Shown here: positions 55,398-60,346 of the stretch, piece after piece
How the letters are laid out: every line of letters begins with the position of its first letter
Numbering within the stretch: the first letter of the stretch is position 1
NCBI GenBank assembly: GCA_046080385.1
Contig: JBJTTW010000066.1
Location: 1-60,346 of the forward strand
Origin: a bacterium
Lineage (GTDB): Bacteria; Cyanobacteriota; Vampirovibrionia; LMEP-6097
Length of the DNA: 60,346 bases
Direction of reading: 5' to 3'
Made by a program: the position numbers and the translations under genes
The notes under the pieces: model-generated
The model's input: the letters and a program-made list of their open reading frames with translations, nothing else
The model's database searches: none
Told to the model about the DNA's origin: nothing

Positions 55398-57371
55398 TTA
55401 ACTGCTTTCAGGCGAGTGAGGGGGGATAATTCTATTCGCTGCTTCTCCATCTCTCGTAATACTATCGTTAAGGGCATTTTTGAGATTCGCTGCTGCTTGA
55501 ATACTGTCTGTGAGTTTGGAGTAAATCTTGTTAGCTTCGTTGGATTTAACGAACCAGTCTGTAACATTTAGAGGTGTTTTCGCTAAGCTCTTTATAGCAA
55601 GAAGGGCAGTTTTAAGGAGACCAGTATTTTTATATTCGCCGAGATAAGACGGTAATCCAGGCTGGAATACTTCTTCTTTTTTCTCATCAAAAAGATGCGG
55701 AATATCTTTAGCTTTCCTGCGAGTAATGGCGCAGCTGATTTTTTGAATTAACCAGAAAGGGCTGGAAGCTGGGCTTAGCTTGATTATGGCTGGATAAGTT
55801 CCCACCGCTGCGTGGAAGTTTTTACCCCACCACATCCAGCACTTTTTCAATTCTTCTACCAAAGGAGAGAGTATTGGTTTAATCAGTGTATGAGCCACGA
55901 ATTGAGTATCTTTATCTATAGCCCCTTTTTCTGATTTTTTCATGAAACTTTGTACAAAAGGTGGTGCAGTAAATTCCAGAACTATGTTAAATAATATCGA
56001 TTTAGTAACTGGATTTATCATGTCGCCACCGACAAGATTAGATAAACCCTTCATCATAGCCTGACAAAATGGCATTATTAACTTTTTGGGAATTATGTCA
56101 TGGAAAGTATCCATAAAGCTTGAGCCAGTTCTTACGGATGAGTGTGCGTAACTGGTCATCGCAGAATCTATACGGTTAGCACTATTCAGTAAGATTGCAG
56201 CGGCACTTGTTAACGGAGTATTAGCATCCTGAAAGCCAGTGGCTTGAGCTTTTTTATCTAAAGTGAAATTCGTTAAGCCAAGGCTGAGTAAAGAAGTGAA
56301 GCCAAAATGTAAAGGGTTAAATTTAGCTAATGATTTAATTTCTTTTTTCTCACCTAAAGAATTAACTGTATAAAGGGTTTGACCTTGTTCATCTTTAAGA
56401 ACCTCACCAGCTGTGATGCCTAGTAAATATTTATTAATAAAATTTACAAAGGGATCTAAGGTTGTTTTAATGTTAAAGCCAGTTGGGACCTCAATAGTTT
56501 CACCATTTTCTTTTTGAACAAGTTTTACTTTTTTGTTACCGTCTTCGTCTTCGCCGCGTATCCAGTGAATTAATTTAGCTACACCTGTATCTTTCATCGC
56601 TTCAATTATTGCTTGTTGCCGTGGACTTACTTCACCAGCATGATTAGTTGCGTTGGTAAGGATATTATTTTCGGCAGTGACTGTTCTTAAGATGAAAGTG
56701 GAAGGTCTTGCAACTATGTCACTGATCAAAGTATTTATTATCGGGAATTTCTTGGAAAATTCAGGAAACTTTCGCCTAAATGCAGATATAGACTGGTCTT
56801 GAGCAATATCTGTAATTAATCGTGAGAGGAAAGAATCAGCAAAAGTCTTTTCTAGATTTCGATTGAAAGAATTATATTCAACTGTATTAGGGTCATGTTT
56901 GTTTTTTTCAAGCTGTTCTATCTGGCTTTTAATCTGCTTTTTTTGCTCATCAGAAGAAAAAGTCCCCTTGTCTAAAAGCTGCTTTAATTCTCCGCACTGT
57001 CTATCTAATTGAGCTGATAGTTTTTTTGCTTCACCTTCACCAGTAATTGCATTTACTATAGTTTCAGCAGATGAACTGGTTAGGAGAGCATTTGACCAAG
57101 ACTTTAGAACACTTTCCCAGAGAGAATAAATAAAGCCTCGCGAATGTTCTTTTTCTTGATGCTGAGTGTTTGTTTTTCGTGAGTTATTAGTCTGCCTTTT
57201 GCGAGCAAACTTGACGATATTGTTTCCGGCAGAAGAATCTTCCTTTAAGCCCTGATTAAAGTCTTTAGCGGCGTTAAAAATCGTCCCAGTTGGTTCTGGG
57301 TTTGTTGCAGTATTTGGATTTATTCCTTGTTCTAGAAAGCTCTTGTTCGTACCTATAGCAGTACTAACCAA
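55398..57371 (-). CDS. Orphan 657-aa protein (disordered polar N-terminus, coiled coil, hydrophobic C-terminal half)
   Basis: Long uninterrupted ORF in AT-rich DNA. TTG start preceded by GAGGGAGG 7-8 nt upstream. No family recognised. Confidence 0.6.
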   Translation of the reverse strand: MVSTAIGTNKSFLEQGINPNTATNPEPTGTIFNAAKDFNQGLKEDSSAGNNIVKFARKRQTNNSRKTNTQHQEKEHSRGFIYSLWESVLKSWSNALLTSSSAETIVNAITGEGEAKKLSAQLDRQCGELKQLLDKGTFSSDEQKKQIKSQIEQLEKNKHDPNTVEYNSFNRNLEKTFADSFLSRLITDIAQDQSISAFRRKFPEFSKKFPIINTLISDIVARPSTFILRTVTAENNILTNATNHAGEVSPRQQAIIEAMKDTGVAKLIHWIRGEDEDGNKKVKLVQKENGETIEVPTGFNIKTTLDPFVNFINKYLLGITAGEVLKDEQGQTLYTVNSLGEKKEIKSLAKFNPLHFGFTSLLSLGLTNFTLDKKAQATGFQDANTPLTSAAAILLNSANRIDSAMTSYAHSSVRTGSSFMDTFHDIIPKKLIMPFCQAMMKGLSNLVGGDMINPVTKSILFNIVLEFTAPPFVQSFMKKSEKGAIDKDTQFVAHTLIKPILSPLVEELKKCWMWWGKNFHAAVGTYPAIIKLSPASSPFWLIQKISCAITRRKAKDIPHLFDEKKEEVFQPGLPSYLGEYKNTGLLKTALLAIKSLAKTPLNVTDWFVKSNEANKIYSKLTDSIQAAANLKNALNDSITRDGEAANRIIPPHSPESS

Positions 57372-57634
57372 TCAGAGCCCTCCCTCGGAATGTTGACACT
57401 GACTCATCCCCGTGAGGACAGAAAGGCCCAATTATGCAATTTATCTTGAAAGAAGTCATGTGAGGAGCTTAGTCAAGTATTACGTAATATATTATATACA
57501 AGTAAGAGATAATTTACTGGAAAATGTAATACGGAATATAAATAAATATTAATCAAAGTAATATCAAATGAAAAAACTCTAATATCAGCTTATTTAGTTT
57601 TACATGAGAGACTAAAGGTAATAAGATAAAATTA

Positions 57635-58153
57635 ATGCCTGCTAAAAAAGCTCTTTATCCAGGAAGTTTCGATCCTTTTACTTTAGGGCATCTAGACGTG
57701 CTTGCAAGAGCGGTGGAACTTTTTGACTGCGTCGAAATTGCTATAGCTAGTAATTCTAGAAAAAAATCTATTTTAGATGCTAAAGAGAGGGAGTCTTTAG
57801 TTAAAACGGCGACGGCTAATTTGCCAAATGTTAAGGTCTCAATAGTTGAAGGTTTGGTTATAGATTATGCAAGAGCGAATGATTATAGATTGCTATTGAG
57901 AGGAATTCGTGCTGCTAATGATTTTGAGCAGGAGTTAGAGATGTCACAAATAAACAGATCACTGTCCCTAAAAGGACATAAGGATTCTATTGAGACTGTT
58001 TTTTTGATGACTAGCCCAGAATATTCTTTTATAAGGGCAAGCAGGGTGTGGGAATTGCTAGAATTGGGGGGAGATGTAAGCACTCTCGTTCCAGATTGTG
58101 TGAGTAAATATTTGGAGGGAAGAAATATTGGATATTTTCAGCAAACTAGATGA
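57635..58153 (+). CDS. coaD: Phosphopantetheine adenylyltransferase
   Basis: ALYPGSFDPFTLGHLDVLARA, LLRGIRAANDFEQELEM. Confidence 0.95.
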   Translation: MPAKKALYPGSFDPFTLGHLDVLARAVELFDCVEIAIASNSRKKSILDAKERESLVKTATANLPNVKVSIVEGLVIDYARANDYRLLLRGIRAANDFEQELEMSQINRSLSLKGHKDSIETVFLMTSPEYSFIRASRVWELLELGGDVSTLVPDCVSKYLEGRNIGYFQQTR

Positions 58154-58730
58154 AATCGGCGAATATATAGAGCAGGCTAAGAACATACCTATGATTAATC
58201 AGAAAATGATTGATCCAGAGTACTTGATGAGAGCCTTTGAAGATCTTTATGCGACTATCCCAGAGGAAATAAAAGAGGCTAGGCAGCTTATCGAGAAGAG
58301 GGATAAGGAACTTACTGAAGCGAGGAAGCAGGCTGATGATCTTCTGACTAGGACTAAGCAAGAATGCGAAACTATGCTTATTAGGGCTAAAGATCAAGCA
58401 GAGAAGCTTTTAGATGAAAGCCAAATAAAAAGATCAGCGGAACATGAGGCGAAAAGTTTATTCAATGAATGTAGTGAACATGCAAAACGATTAACTAAAG
58501 ACGCTGAATCAGATGCTGAGACTATTAGAATGCAGGCAATAGAAAAGGCTCAGAGATTTGAAGAGCAGGCCTTACTTAAAGCTAGAAGGATTAAAGAAGA
58601 TGCTGATAATTATGCACAGCAGATTCTTAGTTACATAGAAAGTGATGTGGTGAGAAAGATAGATGAACTTAATGCTAAGGGTAAAAGTTTTTTCTCAGAC
58701 TTAAAAGAGAAAGATTTACATCTGTCATAA
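58128..58730 (+). CDS. Coiled-coil protein (Glu/Lys/Ala-rich), function unknown
   Basis: ORF overlapping the coaD 3' end by 26 nt. Heptad-rich sequence EARQLIEKRDKELTEARKQADDLL.... Confidence 0.45.
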   Translation: MDIFSKLDEIGEYIEQAKNIPMINQKMIDPEYLMRAFEDLYATIPEEIKEARQLIEKRDKELTEARKQADDLLTRTKQECETMLIRAKDQAEKLLDESQIKRSAEHEAKSLFNECSEHAKRLTKDAESDAETIRMQAIEKAQRFEEQALLKARRIKEDADNYAQQILSYIESDVVRKIDELNAKGKSFFSDLKEKDLHLS

Positions 58731-58734
58731 AGGT

Positions 58735-58772
58735 GGCGTATAGTCAAACGAACAGGTTCTTGGCAACACGCC
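58735..58772 (+). repeat. Family-1 TIR-only mini copy
   Basis: ggcgtatagtcaaac-gaacag-gttcttggcaacacgcc. The ends resemble the 46867-46922 TIRs and the module A core is absent. Confidence 0.5.
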
Positions 58773-58835
58773 TAAAAAATTTAATCATTATCCTAGAAAA
58801 TACGCAGGATAATTTGCTAATATAATAGTCTGCCT

Positions 58836-58910
58836 GCGGAAGTGGCTCAGTGGTAGAGCAATTCCTTGCCAAGGAATAGGTCGCGAGTTCGAATCTCGTC
58901 TTCCGCTCCA
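58836..58910 (+). tRNA. tRNA-Gly (anticodon GCC), 75 nt, CCA encoded
   Basis: GCGGAAGTGGCTCAGTGGTAGAGCAATTCCTTGCCAAGGAATAGGTCGCGAGTTCGAATCTCGTCTTCCGCTCCA. Perfect acceptor stem. Confidence 0.95.
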
Positions 58911-58929
58911 TCTGTAATTAGGACTGATA

Positions 58930-60039
58930 ATGAACAAAAATCTAGAATTGATACCTGAAGAAATGATATTTGAGGATCTTGCTGTTGAGTTTGATTCTTT
59001 GCTTGATAAAAACTCTTACAAGTTTGACTTTAAAGCAGGCGACATTATTAGAGGTTTTGTCTCTAGATTTGATAAAGATGGCGTACTGGTTGACGTGGGC
59101 TATAAGAGTGAGGGTTTCCTTCCTAGTAAAGAAGTAGCTAATAAAGAAGATGAATTAAGCCCTCAGGATGTGCTTGAACTGGCTAAAGAATATGATTTTT
59201 ATGTAATTAGAGAAGAGAGCGATAAAGGTCCTCTCCTGCTTTCTTATAAGAGAGTAGCTCAAGCTAGAGGCTGGGCTAAGCTTGAAGAGATTAAGAATAA
59301 AGATGAAATCGTTGAAGGTGAAGTTATCGCTGTTGTTAAGGGCGGTATCATTATCGAAATTTATGGTGTCAGAGGTTTCGTGCCAGCAAGCCAATTACGT
59401 GCTGCTTCTGAAGATGAAAATGAGAAGGGTGCTCTTCTGAAAATGAAGATTATTGAGCTTAATAAGAATAGCCGTAAGCTCATCTGTTCTCGTAAAGTAG
59501 TTATCGAAGCTGAAAAAGCTAACCTCAGAGAGAAAGCTCTTATTGAGCTTGAAGTTGGGCAGGTTATTTCTGGTGCTGTCGTTAGAGTCGCTGAATTCGG
59601 TGCTTTTATCGACATCGGTGGAATCGATGGTTTACTTCCAGTTTCTGAAATTTCATGGCAGAGAATTAATCACCCTAAAGAAAGACTTTCAGTCGGTGAT
59701 AATATTTCTGTTAAAGTTCTTAAAATCGATGAAGCTGGTAAAATTAGTCTTTCATTAAAGCGTTTAGAACAAGATCCATGGACTGAGATCGAAGATAAAT
59801 TCGTTGAAGGTCAGATCGTTTCTGGTGCTGTAGTTAAGATCACTGCTTTCGGTGCTTTCGTAGAAGTTTATCCAGGTGTAGAGGGTCTACTACCATCTAA
59901 TGAAATTACTGATGATGAAGATGCTAGTCCAGATAAATATTTAGAAGTCGGTCAGCAAGTAGAAGTTATTCTTAAAAAGCTTTCTCCTTATGAAAGAAGA
60001 ATACTTCTTTCTATGAGAGATATAGCTTCGGCTAATTAA
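58930..60039 (+). CDS. rpsA: 30S ribosomal protein S1, short four-domain form
   Basis: Four S1 repeats, e.g. GDIIRGFVSRFDKDGVLVDVGYKSEGFLP, GEVIAVVKGGIIIEIYGVRGFVPAS, GQVISGAVVRVAEFGAFIDIGGIDGLLPVSE and GQIVSGAVVKITAFGAFVEVYPGVEGLLP. Confidence 0.9.
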   Translation: MNKNLELIPEEMIFEDLAVEFDSLLDKNSYKFDFKAGDIIRGFVSRFDKDGVLVDVGYKSEGFLPSKEVANKEDELSPQDVLELAKEYDFYVIREESDKGPLLLSYKRVAQARGWAKLEEIKNKDEIVEGEVIAVVKGGIIIEIYGVRGFVPASQLRAASEDENEKGALLKMKIIELNKNSRKLICSRKVVIEAEKANLREKALIELEVGQVISGAVVRVAEFGAFIDIGGIDGLLPVSEISWQRINHPKERLSVGDNISVKVLKIDEAGKISLSLKRLEQDPWTEIEDKFVEGQIVSGAVVKITAFGAFVEVYPGVEGLLPSNEITDDEDASPDKYLEVGQQVEVILKKLSPYERRILLSMRDIASAN

Positions 60040-60229
60040 TTATAATTAATAGGACTATTGCTGAAGCTATGCGGTTGATGAAGCAATAGTAGAATTAGCT
60101 CTGTTTACCGTAGTCTTACTGTCTAGGCGAAGACGACTGCATACTGTGAAGCTTTAAGGTGTATTTACAGAAGTAAAAAACTTTTTCTTACTGTCTTTAT
60201 ATTTAATCAGGGCTGTCTCATTCTAAAAA

Positions 60230-60346
60230 TCACGAGATTTTAGGAAATTTTTGAAAGATAATTTGTTCTCTAAAGTCATCATTCCATCCAGAGACCTGTC
60301 TTTTGCCGATGAGGTTGTATTTAGAGCCATCAAGTTTAATGAGATT
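60230..60346 (-). CDS. 3' end of an unidentified gene running off the window
   Basis: Minus strand reads [38 protein letters not shown]. Partial, no family assignable. Confidence 0.3.

Noticed and set aside
16205-58772. NAEIG as a genuine functional protein motif shared by the enzymes
   Set aside because: Similarity is at the nucleotide level and extends beyond the peptide. It includes inverted termini and is equally present in intergenic DNA. The host enzymes are unrelated folds.
1-60346. Alternative genetic code (TGA as sense), suggested by the in-frame TGA at 29176
   Set aside because: Many well-conserved genes end at TGA at the expected C-terminus, for example argJ ...INAEYTS*, pilD and the AsmA-like gene. 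All long ORFs are intact under the standard code.

Overview
AT-rich, tightly packed chromosomal window from a diderm bacterium (lpxC and two AsmA/YhdP-like genes are present). I cannot assign a taxon from the sequence alone. It holds about 45 credible protein genes, mostly housekeeping: rpsB-tsf, rpsA, adk, der, coaBC, coaD, queA, nadE, lysA, argJ, ald, cimA, mqnA, lpxC, ruvX, sppA, cdaA and an OmpR-type regulator. There are four tRNAs: Ser-TGA, Met/Ile2-CAT, Leu-CAA and Gly-GCC. Accessory content is (i) a type III restriction locus at the left edge (1-5661) and (ii) a hipA-like kinase with a downstream HTH gene (44427-46063). The restriction locus has only a C-terminal remnant of the methyltransferase, and two extra genes (DUF1016 nuclease, AlbA_2/HATPase_c_4 protein) sit in front of res. 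The hipA pair has four operator-like sites phased every 40 bp.

The most unusual signal is not a gene cluster but two families of small non-autonomous repeats that sit inside coding sequences without breaking the frame.
- Family 1 is modular, with core GAAAACGCAGAAATTGGAG, ~15-nt terminal inverted repeats, and variants of 56, ~122 and ~223 bp plus many solo ends. It occurs at 15 or more sites. It is translated as ...NAEIG[VA]... in ArgJ, FolK-RimI, QueA, NagZ-like, MqnA and NadE. It also supplies a C-terminal tail to RuvX and a Shine-Dalgarno sequence to a TrmH-family gene.
- Family 2 is a 141-bp nested-palindrome element bounded by CTTAAG, in three copies. One copy is a clean 45-codon in-frame insertion in the DUF1016 gene.

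Other unexplained structure includes 2.7 tandem copies of a 146-bp unit next to tRNA-Ser. There is also a 1.3-kb gene-poor region (54.06-55.40 kb) with two paralogous ~58-aa signal-peptide ORFs behind duplicated upstream modules, next to a 657-aa orphan protein. All coordinates of non-ORF features were counted by hand, so expect errors of a few nt. No database searches were possible.
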